A program made the position numbers and the translations under genes. DNA of 64,000 bases from an uncultured delta proteobacterium (lineage in GTDB: Bacteria; Desulfobacterota; Binatia; Binatales; Binataceae). This document shows positions 38,972 through 49,111 of the stretch, piece after piece; within the stretch, counting starts at the first letter, position 1; every line of letters starts with the position of its first letter. Where the stretch lies: contig CAVQEQ010000001.1 of the NCBI GenBank assembly GCA_963711565.1, positions 992,001 to 1,056,000 of the forward strand. The letters run 5' to 3'. Below the pieces are notes generated by a model. It did no database searches, was not told where the DNA came from, and saw only the letters and a list, made by a program, of their open reading frames with translations.

Positions 38972-39799
38972 GTGGAAAATCAGGCGAAAATGCAAGTCAA
39001 GTTGATCGACTACGCCCAGCAGCCGCTCGAAAAACTCTACGCGGCCTTTCGCACCTGCTATTCCTCCGACACGCCGATCGAAGTCTGGGAAAAAATCAAA
39101 TCCGAGAAAATCACCCACGACAAAATCCGCGAGTTCATCACCGAACGCCTCAAGACCGGCCACGCTTCTCCCCTCGAGCAAATCGTCTTCTGGTTCGGTA
39201 TCGCCAACGTCTCGCGCTCGCTGTCGCATCAGTTCGTGCGTCATCGGATCGGCATCAGCTTCGAGCAGCAGAGCCAGCGCTACGTGAAATTCAAGCAGGA
39301 CAAGCTCGCATTCGTCCTGCCGGACTCGTGGTCGCGCGCCGGCCTCGAAAGTGAATTCTCCGATCTGCTCTCGAAAACCTCCGAGCTCTACGCCAAGGCG
39401 CTGAAGGCCGGCATCCCGGCCGAAGATGCGCGCTTTGTGCTGCCCAACGCCGCGCCGACGAATTTTCACGTGATGGTGAATTTCGCCGAGATGCTGCATA
39501 TCTGCGACCTGCGCCTGTGCGTGCGCGCGCAATGGGAAATCCGCCGGATGGTCGCGATGATGCGCGCGGAGATCAAGCACGTGCTCCCCGAAATCGCGGT
39601 CTTCCTGCAGCCCAAGTGCGGCGAGAACCGCATGGGCTACTGCGACGAGTCGCTCGACGAATGGCAAAAATGCCCGCTCGGCAAAGTCCGCCCGCACAAG
39701 TCGAGCCTGTTCGATCTCTACGAGCGTTACGGCTCGCGCAAAGCGCAGGCCCTCGGCGAGGCCGAGTACCGAGCCGTCGAGGAAAAAGAGCAGCTGTAG
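38972..39799 (+). CDS. thyX: FAD-dependent thymidylate synthase
   Basis: GHASPLE, HQFVRHR..SFEQQSQRYV, EDARFVLP, AQWEIR. Confidence 0.93.
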   Translation: MENQAKMQVKLIDYAQQPLEKLYAAFRTCYSSDTPIEVWEKIKSEKITHDKIREFITERLKTGHASPLEQIVFWFGIANVSRSLSHQFVRHRIGISFEQQSQRYVKFKQDKLAFVLPDSWSRAGLESEFSDLLSKTSELYAKALKAGIPAEDARFVLPNAAPTNFHVMVNFAEMLHICDLRLCVRAQWEIRRMVAMMRAEIKHVLPEIAVFLQPKCGENRMGYCDESLDEWQKCPLGKVRPHKSSLFDLYERYGSRKAQALGEAEYRAVEEKEQL

Positions 39800-39813
39800 T
39801 TTCCCAGGTTCCT

Positions 39814-40221
39814 GTGAGTGACGATTCCCCACCAGCATCGATCGACGATGCGATTGCAGCCTTCAACCGCGGCGCATACTTCGAAGCAGCCGAGATGTTC
39901 GAAACTGTCTCTCATAGCGCCGACGACGATCTGAAAGCTCTGATCGTCGCGTTCAATCAAATTGCCGCGGCGTTCCATCTACGCTTCGAACGCGGCGGGC
40001 GCCAGGCGTCGATCAACCTGATGTCGCAGGCGATGATCGCGCTCGACGACATGAAGCCCGCCCGCGGCGGCATCGACATCGAGCGGCTCTGCACCGAGCT
40101 GGCGGCCTACACCGAAGAGGTGCGTGCGACACCGCGCGACGAGCGCGACGGCCTCAAACATCGCGCCCGAATTTTCCTCGAACGCCGCCGCGCCCCAAAA
40201 ATCAACCGCCGCACTTCCTAA
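39814..40221 (+). CDS. DUF309-like protein
   Basis: AFNRGAYFEAAEMFE ... QIAAAFHL. Confidence 0.65.
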   Translation: MSDDSPPASIDDAIAAFNRGAYFEAAEMFETVSHSADDDLKALIVAFNQIAAAFHLRFERGGRQASINLMSQAMIALDDMKPARGGIDIERLCTELAAYTEEVRATPRDERDGLKHRARIFLERRRAPKINRRTS

Positions 40222-40283
40222 CCTCCCCTTGTCCAAGTCCAAGGGGAGGTCGCCGCGCGCCGAAGGAGCGCGGCGGGAGGGGT
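40222..40283. repeat. Palindromic intergenic repeat (CCCT-family-like)
   Basis: cctccccttg..caaggggagg followed by a hairpin and gggagggg. Confidence 0.5.
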
Positions 40284-40404
40284 GCAACGCCGACACCGCA
40301 CTCAACCCAACTCGTCTAACCGCCCTGCAAGTTACTCGGTCCGCTCCGATATTCCCTCAACGCGATCCAGACCGGCACGTTTTGCGATACAATCCGCGGG
40401 AGCG

Positions 40405-41277
40405 ATGAATATCACCCGCGATCAAATCTCCGACGGCCTCAAGCGCGCCAAGTACGTCACCAACGAGCGCGTCGAGACTGCGATCTTCCTCGCGCTCGCG
40501 CTCGAAAAGCCCCTGCTGATCGAAGGCCCCGCCGGCGCCGGCAAGACCGAGGTCGCCAAGGTGCTCGCGGAAATTCTCCACACCGAGCTCATCCGCCTCC
40601 AGTGCTACGAAGGACTCGACGAGGCGCGCGCGCTCTACGAATGGAACTATCAGAAACAACTCCTGCGCATGCAGGCCGGCGAGCAGAATGGCCTGCGCTG
40701 GGAGGATCTCAGCGAGCATATTTTCTCGCGCGACTACCTGCTCGAGCGTCCTCTCCTCAAGGCGATCACCGCGCCGAACCGCGTCGTCCTGCTGATCGAC
40801 GAGGTCGATAAAGCCGACGAGGAGTTCGAGGCCTTCCTGCTCGAGCTGCTCTCCGACTTCCAGGTAAGCGTACCCGAATTGGGAACATTGAAGGCGCACG
40901 AGCGCCCCGCTGTGATTCTGACCTCGAATCGCGCGCGCGAACTCTCCGAGGCTCTGCGCCGCCGATGCCTGCATTTGTTCATCGACTTTCCCGGCACCGA
41001 GCAGGAGCGAAAGATCATCGAGCTCAAGGTGCCCGAGCTCGACGCGAAGCTGGCTGTGGAGGCCGCACGTTTTGTCGGCGCGATTCGCAAGCTCGGCCTG
41101 CGCAAGCCGCCGTCGATCGCGGAGACTCTCGACTGGGCGCGCGCTCTCGTGCAACTCGGCGTGCGCGAACTCGACACCGACGCCGTCCGCACCGCGCTCG
41201 GCGTCCTGCTCAAGCACGAGGACGATCGCGCCAAGGTGGAGTCGAAAGCCTCGGCACTCGCCCCGCGCCGCCGCTGA
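40405..41277 (+). CDS. MoxR-family AAA+ ATPase (CoxD-like)
   Basis: EGPAGAGKT, RLQCYEGLD, LLIDEVDK, ALRRRC. Confidence 0.92.
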   Translation: MNITRDQISDGLKRAKYVTNERVETAIFLALALEKPLLIEGPAGAGKTEVAKVLAEILHTELIRLQCYEGLDEARALYEWNYQKQLLRMQAGEQNGLRWEDLSEHIFSRDYLLERPLLKAITAPNRVVLLIDEVDKADEEFEAFLLELLSDFQVSVPELGTLKAHERPAVILTSNRARELSEALRRRCLHLFIDFPGTEQERKIIELKVPELDAKLAVEAARFVGAIRKLGLRKPPSIAETLDWARALVQLGVRELDTDAVRTALGVLLKHEDDRAKVESKASALAPRRR

Positions 41278-41292
41278 ATCCGCAATAGTCAG

Positions 41293-42561
41293 ATGCCTCG
41301 CCTTCGCGATCAGCTCGTTGCTTTCATCGCCGCGCTGCGCGATGCCGGTGTAAGAATCTCGGTTGCGGAATCGATCGATGCGATGAACGCGGTCGCGGCC
41401 GTTGGCCTCGAGCGCACGCTGATGCACGAGGCGCTGGCGGCGGCGTTGATCAAGGACGAAGCCGACCGCGCGGTCTTCGACGAATCGTTCAACCGTTTTT
41501 TCGCATCGCCGCGGACAGTCCGTGGCGAGCATCCCGATCAACGCGGCGACAATATCTCCGCTGCCGCCGGCCGCGGCCGCCCCGGCGATGATCCCTCGCA
41601 GCGCGACGATACGCCGCCGCGCAAGCCCGAACAGTCGCGCGAAGGCGCCCGCTCAAGCGATCGTGATAAGAAGTCGCCGCCGTCGGAAACGAAGCCATCA
41701 AAGAAAACTGCGGCGGCGCGCCGCGATGACGCCAACAGCAAAGATGCCGAGCGCGATTTAGACAAGCTGCACGGCCGCGAGGAGCGGGGCGCCGCCGATA
41801 CTCAAGCGGAATCACGAACCCCCGGCATCGACGCCGCACGCATCGCGCGGCTCCGCGCGATCGAGCGGATGCCCTTCGACCGCTTCTCCGACCTCGACTA
41901 CGACGAGGTGCGCGACGCGCTCGCTCCCCTGATTCGCCGCTTCCGCATTCGCCTTGGACGCCGTCTGCGTCTCGCGAAGACCGGCAGAATCGATTTCCGC
42001 CGCACGATTCGCGCCGCGATGCAGCGTGGAGGCGCGCTCATCGATCTCAACTTCCGCGCACGTCGTCCGCGTCACGTCGATCTGGTGATCCTCGCCGACA
42101 TCTCTGGCTCCGTCCGCTATGCGGCGCAGTTGATGCTCGAATTGATGGCGGGCGCGCGCGGAACCTTCCGCCGCGTCAGCAGTTTCGTTTATGTCGATCA
42201 TCTCGCCGAGGCGGATTTCGAGGATGGCCACCTCGTGATGACGCCCGCGCTCGATCTTTATGCGCGCTCGGATTTCGGGCGCGTGCTCGGCGAACTCTGG
42301 AATCGCCGAATCGGATTGCTCACGCGCAGCACGATCGTCGTGATCATGGGCGACGCGCGCAACAATCGCCTCCCCGCACGCGCCGACCTAGTTCGCGAGA
42401 TCGCGCGCACTTGCCGCGCCGTTATCTGGCTGAACCCCGAAGATCCCGCGCGCTGGGGCACCGGCGACAGCGCGATCAAACAGTACGCGCGCGAAGTGAA
42501 GGCCGTCGCGCCGTCGCGAAACCTCCGCGAGCTGCAACTCGCCCTGGCCGCGATCGCTTAG
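41293..42561 (+). CDS. CoxE-like vWA domain protein
   Basis: IDFRRTIR, DISGSV, MGDARNN, WLNPE; MoxR partner. Confidence 0.88.
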   Translation: MPRLRDQLVAFIAALRDAGVRISVAESIDAMNAVAAVGLERTLMHEALAAALIKDEADRAVFDESFNRFFASPRTVRGEHPDQRGDNISAAAGRGRPGDDPSQRDDTPPRKPEQSREGARSSDRDKKSPPSETKPSKKTAAARRDDANSKDAERDLDKLHGREERGAADTQAESRTPGIDAARIARLRAIERMPFDRFSDLDYDEVRDALAPLIRRFRIRLGRRLRLAKTGRIDFRRTIRAAMQRGGALIDLNFRARRPRHVDLVILADISGSVRYAAQLMLELMAGARGTFRRVSSFVYVDHLAEADFEDGHLVMTPALDLYARSDFGRVLGELWNRRIGLLTRSTIVVIMGDARNNRLPARADLVREIARTCRAVIWLNPEDPARWGTGDSAIKQYAREVKAVAPSRNLRELQLALAAIA

Positions 42562-42567
42562 CGTCGA

Positions 42568-44073
42568 TCAGAAGTCGAACAGCTCGCGCATCTTGTTGAG
42601 CAGCCATCGATGCGGCCCGCCCTTGCCGTCGAGCGTGTCGCCCGATGAGAGCTTCTCCAGCCGGTCGCGATTTCGCGCCGCGATAATATCGCCGATGCTC
42701 GCGGCCGCATCGGGATGCTCCTTGAACAGGCGCGTGAATCCCTCGCGGTCCATCTCGATCACTTCCAGATCGGTGATCGCGCGCACGCTGGCGTTGCGCG
42801 GCTCGCCAGTCATCAGCGCCATCTCGCCGGTGACGACGCCGCGGCCGATCTCGGCAATGTGGCGCACCTGGCCGTCTGCCGTCTGACCGAACACTTCCGC
42901 TCTACCGCTGCGCACGATAAACATCGACTCGCCCGCTTCTCCCGCGCGCACCAGCATCTCGCCCGCGCCAAACTGCCGCACCGAAACCGTCGGCACCAGC
43001 AGGCGCAGCTCGTCGTCGCGCAGCCCGCGCAGCCAATCGACCTGGCGCAGGTCGGTCATCAGCTCGCGCTCGAACTCGGCGTCAGCCGCCTCGTCTTCAT
43101 CACGGCCCGCGTCGCGCACATGGACGGTGCGGGTCGGGAACGGAATCTCGATCCGATGCCGCCGCAGCGCGTACCACAGGCTCGACGCGACGCGATCTCG
43201 CACGTGTTCCTGCGCGCCGTAGTCGGCGATCGAGTACTTGATTCGATACTGGATCGCGAAATCGAGATAATCCCAGGCCAGAACTTCGGGCGGCGGATCG
43301 CGCAGCACCTGCGGCACGTCGTGCAGCAACGTGAGCACGACTTCGCGCACGTGATTCGGCGGCACGCTGTAGCTGATTCCGACCGTGAGCTCGTCCACCA
43401 CGTGGCCGGTGGCGTAGTTGAACAACACGTCCTTGGCGATCACCGAGTTGGGCACCTCGAGCCGCTCGTTCGCGCGCGTCACGATCGTCGTCGCCCGCCA
43501 CGCGATTCCCTTGACCTGCCCCACGTAATGCCCGCTGCGGATCCAGTCGCCCGGATCGAAGGGCCGCCCCATCGAGAGCGACAGGCCGCTGAAAATATTG
43601 CCGAGAGTCTCCTGCAACGCGAAGCCCAGCACCGCCGCGAACACGGTCGTCGTCGTCAGGATCGAAAGCGGCTGCACGCCGAAGTCCGTGTACAGCACCA
43701 CCATCACCACCACGAACCACAACACCAGCATCAGCAGGTCCTTGCCGATAGTCGAGAAGTGGACCTTGCCGCGCCGCGTTATCGCGTCGACGAACTCGAG
43801 CACCAGCCGGATCACGCCGAACAGGAAGAGCACAAAGGCCGCCACCGCGACCTTCTGACCGACCTGCTCGTTGGGGATGAAGCGGGAACCGGCGTCGATC
43901 AGCGCGCTGCCCGACAGCAGCAGGAATGTCGTCGCGGTCACCGCGCGCTTGCGGCGGCGCACGGCGAAAGCGCCCAGCAGGCCGAACAGCACCAGCACGC
44001 TTTCGACCAGCGTCCGCAAATCGCGATGCAGCGCGTCCAATCCCAGCATCGATTGTAGCGGCGTCGGCACCAT
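42568..44073 (-). CDS. MscS mechanosensitive channel with cyclic-nucleotide-binding domain
   Basis: GFALQETLGNIFSG, PFDPGDWI, IEIPFP; C-terminal GEMALMTGEPRNASV. Confidence 0.92.
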   Translation of the reverse strand: MVPTPLQSMLGLDALHRDLRTLVESVLVLFGLLGAFAVRRRKRAVTATTFLLLSGSALIDAGSRFIPNEQVGQKVAVAAFVLFLFGVIRLVLEFVDAITRRGKVHFSTIGKDLLMLVLWFVVVMVVLYTDFGVQPLSILTTTTVFAAVLGFALQETLGNIFSGLSLSMGRPFDPGDWIRSGHYVGQVKGIAWRATTIVTRANERLEVPNSVIAKDVLFNYATGHVVDELTVGISYSVPPNHVREVVLTLLHDVPQVLRDPPPEVLAWDYLDFAIQYRIKYSIADYGAQEHVRDRVASSLWYALRRHRIEIPFPTRTVHVRDAGRDEDEAADAEFERELMTDLRQVDWLRGLRDDELRLLVPTVSVRQFGAGEMLVRAGEAGESMFIVRSGRAEVFGQTADGQVRHIAEIGRGVVTGEMALMTGEPRNASVRAITDLEVIEMDREGFTRLFKEHPDAAASIGDIIAARNRDRLEKLSSGDTLDGKGGPHRWLLNKMRELFDF

Positions 44074-44076
44074 CGT

Positions 44077-45249
44077 TCAGATCCCCGCCGCCAGCGCGAT
44101 TTCGTCGAGGAGTTTCACCGCGTCGAAATACTCGGCCGCTATCTCGCGCGCCGCCCGCGCATGGCGCGGGTAGTCGGCGTTGATTTGCCCGATCGCATCG
44201 ACTGCCTCGTCCGGCGTGTCGAAGCCGAGCAGCCCCACGCCGGTGGGAATGAATTTTTCAAATCCGGTGCGCTGCGTCACCACCGGACGCCCCGCCGCCA
44301 AGTAACACACCGTGCGATCGCTGAACCATCCCGTGCGCGGCCTCACGTAGATATCCTTCGCGACCGTGAACTCGCCGCGCGACGCGCTGATGTACTCGCG
44401 ATATTCGTCGATATCGAGCGACATCGGGATCGCCGGCGTAAACGTGAATCCCCCGGCAAGCGCGCGATCGTAGTCGGGCCCGGCGGTCAGGTTGGTCGCG
44501 ATTTCGATCGGTTGCTTCGCGCGCGCCGCAACTTCGAGCGCCTTGCGAAAATTCAGATGCTTCGACCAGTAGTAGGTCTCGCCCTTAATCACCATGTCGT
44601 TGCCGTTATTCTGCCACGTGCCGACCGTCGTGAACGCGCGCGGCTCGGCGGGACCGACCCCCGGATGCCATTCGTCGAGACTCACCGGCGGACGCGTCGG
44701 ATGCCAATCGACGCCGGCAGTGGGCAGGAGGCAATCGGGCGCGCCGATATTGTAGCAATACGTGAAGAACAATTTGTGCGACCTGGCAAACGCCACCGTG
44801 GTCGGAATCTTGCGCGCAAGTTCGAGTTGAAAAACCCCCGGGTCGGTCTCGAGATACACCAGGCAGCGGCTGCGTTCGTGCTCCTCACGCGGCTCCGTCG
44901 ATCCGCAAAGATTGATCACCATGTCGGCGTCGCGGAACAGCTCCATGCAGCGCTCGCGCGACATCCCCACGTATTGCTCCGTCGCCGAGTCGAGAAACGA
45001 CCACCGCTCGCCGAACCCGTAGCGCTCGAGGATTCCCCCAATCACCTTCAAGTTGCGCGACGGATCCTTGGCGCCACTTTCGATCGTCGGATCGTACACG
45101 TACGCGCGATGATCCTCGATATAGTAAACGTCGAGACCAAGCTGCCTGAACCCCAACAGGTGATGAAGCAATTGCCAGATCACCCCGGCAAACGGGTACC
45201 GCACCGCCAGATGCAGCACGACGACTTTGCCCTTGCGTTTGCGGTCCAC
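44077..45249 (-). CDS. Glycosyltransferase-like (GT-B) hypothetical protein
   Basis: LLGFRQLGLDVYYIED; GWFSDRTVCYLAAGRPVVTQRTGF. Confidence 0.65.
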   Translation of the reverse strand: MDRKRKGKVVVLHLAVRYPFAGVIWQLLHHLLGFRQLGLDVYYIEDHRAYVYDPTIESGAKDPSRNLKVIGGILERYGFGERWSFLDSATEQYVGMSRERCMELFRDADMVINLCGSTEPREEHERSRCLVYLETDPGVFQLELARKIPTTVAFARSHKLFFTYCYNIGAPDCLLPTAGVDWHPTRPPVSLDEWHPGVGPAEPRAFTTVGTWQNNGNDMVIKGETYYWSKHLNFRKALEVAARAKQPIEIATNLTAGPDYDRALAGGFTFTPAIPMSLDIDEYREYISASRGEFTVAKDIYVRPRTGWFSDRTVCYLAAGRPVVTQRTGFEKFIPTGVGLLGFDTPDEAVDAIGQINADYPRHARAAREIAAEYFDAVKLLDEIALAAGI

Positions 45250-45265
45250 CTTGTGCGTCGCAATC

Positions 45266-45937
45266 TTAACCCGCGGCGCGCCCTGCGGCTATCCGTTCCA
45301 GCTCGTCCCGCAGCTTGAGGATCGCAATCCGCCGCTGGCTGATTTGGGCCTCTTCTTCGTCGCCGAGTTCGCCCAGGTAACGGTTGCGCTCGGGGATCAC
45401 CAGCACCGCGCGATACGGAAAACCCGCGCGAATCACAGGATATGCGCGCTCCGCGATCACGCCCTCGATCGCCGCCTCAGCCGTGCGCTCGCGAATCCCC
45501 AGTGGGGCGGGCCGCCGTGCCCGCCATCCACCCTCCTCATCTGTCAACGCGATCGTCGCGCGCAGCCGCGCCGTCCGTCGCGCCGCCTCGACGCCCTTCA
45601 TCCGCCGAATAACTTCGGCCACCAGCGCCTGATCGGAATCGTCGCCACCCGTACCCAGCCATCGATGCGACCTCACTCCCGGCTCTCCGCCCAGCGCGTC
45701 GATCTCGAGTCCGCCGTCGTCGGCCAGCGTCGCCATCCGCGCGCGCTTGAAATAGAACCGCGCCTTGAGCAACGCGTTTTCCGTGAAGGTCGCTCCCGTC
45801 TCCTCGGGCGTCTCGAAAATCCCAACCTCGGCTAGCGACACCAGTTCGAGCTCGATCCCGATATCGCGCAGGATCAGCCGGTACTCGGCAAGCTTCGCCG
45901 GATTCGTAGTCGCAATCAGCAGCCGCCGTATCGCCAT
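45266..45937 (-). CDS. rdgB: Non-canonical purine NTP pyrophosphatase (Ham1/RdgB family)
   Basis: ATTNPAKLAE, EETGATFTENALLKA, ADDGGLEIDALGGEPGVRS; contains an in-frame repeat insertion. Confidence 0.85.
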   Translation of the reverse strand: MAIRRLLIATTNPAKLAEYRLILRDIGIELELVSLAEVGIFETPEETGATFTENALLKARFYFKRARMATLADDGGLEIDALGGEPGVRSHRWLGTGGDDSDQALVAEVIRRMKGVEAARRTARLRATIALTDEEGGWRARRPAPLGIRERTAEAAIEGVIAERAYPVIRAGFPYRAVLVIPERNRYLGELGDEEEAQISQRRIAILKLRDELERIAAGRAAG

Positions 45938-45947
45938 CTCGACCGGC

Positions 45948-47114
45948 TCAGTCGCGCGGCTTCCCAGGAGGCTTCGGCTGATACGTGATCTTCAACGACG
46001 CGCGCTCGCGATGCTCCTCCAACGCCAGCTCGATCAACCGCTCGATCAGCTTCGGCAGCGGGATGCCCGATGCCTCCCACAGCTTCGGGTACATGCTGAT
46101 ATTCGTGAAGCCGGGAATCGTGTTGACCTCGTTGACGTAGATCTCGCGCAAATCGCGGCTCGCCAGGAAATCTACCCGCGCCATCCCGCGCAGTGACAGC
46201 GCCTTGAACGCCGCCACCGCCATCGCGCGCAACTTCTTCGCCTTGGCCGCCGGGATGTCGGCGGGAATTTTTGTAGCCGATCCTTCCGGATCGACGTACT
46301 TCGATTCGTAGTCGTAAAACTCGTGCGCGCCCGTCACCAGCACTTCGCCGGGAATCGACGCCTCGGGACGATCGTTACCGAGCACCGCGCACTCGAACTC
46401 GCGCCCCTCGCACGACGCCTCGATCAGCGCCTTGCGATCGTACTGAAACGCGTCGTCGAGCGCGGCGTTGAGCTCGCGGGCGCGCTTCACCTTGCTGATT
46501 CCGATCGACGATCCCAGCGCATTGGGCTTGACGAACACCGGATACCCGAGTTTGCGCGCGAGCTTCGTCCCAAGCTGCGGACTCTCATGATAGTCGGCGC
46601 GCTCGATCGCAAAATATTTCACTACCGCCACGCCCGCATCGCGCAGCAGCCGCTTCTGCGCGTCCTTGTCCATCCCGATCGCCGATCCGAGCACGCCCGC
46701 GCCCACGTACGCGATCCCGGCCAGCTCCAGCAGCCCCTGCACAGTGCCGTCTTCGCCGTAAGTGCCGTGCAACACGGGGAACACCACGTCGAGCGTGCCC
46801 GCAATCGCTTCATGGCCGCGCGCGCCGTCCGCCGGCGTCGCAATCAACGACTGTCCCTCCGGATGAGTCAGCAACGTGACCTGTGTACCGCCCGCGCCGA
46901 GCGCCGCCAGATGCGGCGTCTTCTCGGCGAGCAGCTTCAGCGCGTTGCGTTCGAGATACCACCGCCCATCGCGCCCAATCCCAATTGGCACAACTTCGTA
47001 CCGCGCCGGATCCATCGCCGACATCACCGTCAGCGCCGACCGCAGCGAAATCTCATGCTCGCCCGATCGCCCCCCAAACAAAACGCCAACCCTGAGTCGT
47101 TTCTTATCCGCCAT
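45948..47114 (-). CDS. ddl: D-alanine--D-alanine ligase
   Basis: FGGRSGEHEIS, LHGTYGEDG, GSSIGI, FYDYESKY, NEVNTIPG. Confidence 0.96.
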   Translation of the reverse strand: MADKKRLRVGVLFGGRSGEHEISLRSALTVMSAMDPARYEVVPIGIGRDGRWYLERNALKLLAEKTPHLAALGAGGTQVTLLTHPEGQSLIATPADGARGHEAIAGTLDVVFPVLHGTYGEDGTVQGLLELAGIAYVGAGVLGSAIGMDKDAQKRLLRDAGVAVVKYFAIERADYHESPQLGTKLARKLGYPVFVKPNALGSSIGISKVKRARELNAALDDAFQYDRKALIEASCEGREFECAVLGNDRPEASIPGEVLVTGAHEFYDYESKYVDPEGSATKIPADIPAAKAKKLRAMAVAAFKALSLRGMARVDFLASRDLREIYVNEVNTIPGFTNISMYPKLWEASGIPLPKLIERLIELALEEHRERASLKITYQPKPPGKPRD

Positions 47115-47160
47115 CGCACCGCCCCACCGCGCATGGAACTTAGAGGAACTTAATTGTAAT

Positions 47161-47403
47161 GAAACCCACGGTGGGTTTCATACTTCCTTCGGCAGGGGTG
47201 ACCCCTGCACCCGGTATCAATCGCAAAGTTGCGCGCATCGCGCTACTTTGCTCTCGGTCCAAAAACCGGTTCCCCCGACGCCCGCAAGTTGAGGCATTGT
47301 GATCGCGCGCACGACGCTCGCCACATCCCCAAAATAACCCGAGAGCGAAATGTCGTCCTCGACATTTCGCTCTCTCTTATCACTGGGTGCAGGGGTCACC
47401 CCC
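47161..47403. repeat. REP-like inverted pair enclosing a perfect hairpin
   Basis: ggggtgacccctgcaccc near 47195 and its reverse complement near 47384; gagagcgaaatgtcg-tcct-cgacatttcgctctc at 47341-47374. Confidence 0.75.
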
Positions 47404-47449
47404 CGCGACGGTGTCGATGCCGAGGGCGCGGGGCGAGGAGCCCCGCATC

Positions 47450-48904
47450 CTACTGCCGATAATTCGGCGCTTCTTTCGTAATAAACACGTCATGCACATG
47501 GCTCTCGCGCATGCCCGCGTCGCTGACCTTGACGAACTTCGCCCGCTTGCGCAGCTCCGCAAGATTCGCCGCGCCCAGGTATCCCATCCCCGATTGCAAC
47601 CCGCCGACGAGCTGCTCGATATTCGACGCGAGCGATCCGCGATGCGGTACGCGGCCCTCGATTCCTTCCGGCACATGTTTGCCGTCGGTCACGCCGAGCT
47701 GCCCGTAGCGATCTCCGGTGCGCTCGTTCATCGCGCCGAGCGATCCCATCCCGCGATAAAGTTTGTACGTGCGCCCCTGGTACAGAATCGTCTCGCCGGG
47801 ACTTTCCTCGCTCCCCGCGAACAGCGATCCGATCATCACGCTGTTCGCGCCCGCCGCAATCGCTTTTGTAATATCGCCCGAGAACCGGATTCCGCCGTCC
47901 GCGATCACCGGGATATTGCGCGGCTCCGCAATCGCGATCGTATCCATTATCGCCGTGATCTGCGGCACGCCGACTCCCGAGATCACCCGCGTCGTGCATA
48001 TCGATCCGGGCCCCATCCCGACCCGCAGCGCATCGGCCCCCGCGTCGCACAACGCCTTGGCGCCTTCGCTGGTCGCGACGTTCCCTGCCACCACCTCGAC
48101 GCCCGGCCACTCGCTCTTGGTCGCCTTGATCGCGTCGATCACGTTCCGCGTATGCCCATGCGCGGTATCGATACAAATCACATCGACGCCCGCCCGCCTG
48201 AGCGCCGCCACCCGCGCCTCGCGCTCCGGCCCGACGCCGACCGCCGCGCCGACGCGCAGTCGCCCCAGCTGATCCTTGCTCGCATGGGGATGCCGAATCG
48301 CCTTGTCCATATCCTTCACCGTGATAAGACCGCGCAGCCGGTTCTGATCGTCAACCAGCGGCAGCTTCTCAATCCGATGCGCCTGCAGGAGCTCCTTGGC
48401 ATGCTCAAGATCGATCCCGGGGCGCGCCGTGATCACTTTGCTCGTCATCACGTCGCGCACCTGCTTGTCGAGCCGCCGCTCGAAGCGCAGATCGCGATTA
48501 GTCAAAATTCCAACCAGCCGCCCGTCCGACACGACCGGCAACCCTGAAATCCGGAAACGTTCCATCACCGCGACCGCCTCGCCGATTTTCTGCTCGGGGC
48601 TGACGGTGATCGGATCGACGATCATCCCGGTCTCGTATTTCTTGACGGTCTCGACTTCGGCCGCCTGCTCCTCGATCGAAAGGTTCCGATGGATAAATCC
48701 GAACCCGCCCATCTGCGCGATCGCGATCGCGGTGCGCGATTCGGTGACGGTATCCATCGGGCTCGACACGAGCGGGATGCGCAGCCGAATCTTGGGCGTG
48801 AGCGGAGTCGAGACGTCGCAATTCGACGGCAGCAAGTCGGAAGATTGCGGCAACAAGAGAACGTCATCGAAGGTAAGAGCTTCGCGGAGTTCCTGATGCG
48901 CCAT
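47450..48904 (-). CDS. guaB: IMP dehydrogenase
   Basis: [11 protein letters not shown] pair, [26 protein letters not shown]. Confidence 0.97.
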   Translation of the reverse strand: MAHQELREALTFDDVLLLPQSSDLLPSNCDVSTPLTPKIRLRIPLVSSPMDTVTESRTAIAIAQMGGFGFIHRNLSIEEQAAEVETVKKYETGMIVDPITVSPEQKIGEAVAVMERFRISGLPVVSDGRLVGILTNRDLRFERRLDKQVRDVMTSKVITARPGIDLEHAKELLQAHRIEKLPLVDDQNRLRGLITVKDMDKAIRHPHASKDQLGRLRVGAAVGVGPEREARVAALRRAGVDVICIDTAHGHTRNVIDAIKATKSEWPGVEVVAGNVATSEGAKALCDAGADALRVGMGPGSICTTRVISGVGVPQITAIMDTIAIAEPRNIPVIADGGIRFSGDITKAIAAGANSVMIGSLFAGSEESPGETILYQGRTYKLYRGMGSLGAMNERTGDRYGQLGVTDGKHVPEGIEGRVPHRGSLASNIEQLVGGLQSGMGYLGAANLAELRKRAKFVKVSDAGMRESHVHDVFITKEAPNYRQ

Positions 48905-48923
48905 AAAAATAACCCTCCTGGGT

Positions 48924-48955
48924 AAAAAAAGAGCCCGCGGGTTTTCCGCGGGCTC
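48924..48955 (-). terminator. Intrinsic terminator within the guaB 5' leader
   Basis: Minus strand GAGCCCGCGG-AAAAC-CCGCGGGCTC-TTTTTTT, ending ~20 nt before the guaB ATG. Confidence 0.8.
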
Positions 48956-48965
48956 AAATCGGCCT

Positions 48966-49004
48966 TCAGTTCTTGTACGCAGTCCGTTTAGTCAGATGCG
49001 CCAT
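48966..49004 (-). promoter_or_regulatory. Putative guaB leader ORF ([12 protein letters not shown])
   Basis: ATG at 49004 to TGA at 48966; stop is 10 nt before the terminator stem. Confidence 0.45.
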
Positions 49005-49111
49005 GTCCGAAATTAACAAACCCCGACCATCCGATCAATACGGGTCCACAGCCGCGAGTCGTTACCAATTTTGTTGCGCAAAAAAGCATGACTGTCCTAT
49101 CGTGCATACCA

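Noticed and set aside
40405-42561. CoxD/CoxE-like pair as evidence for CO dehydrogenase or a link to the vWA-kinase cluster
   Set aside because: No coxLMS genes in the window; MoxR-vWA pairs are common; no visible link to the 7.6-17 kb cluster
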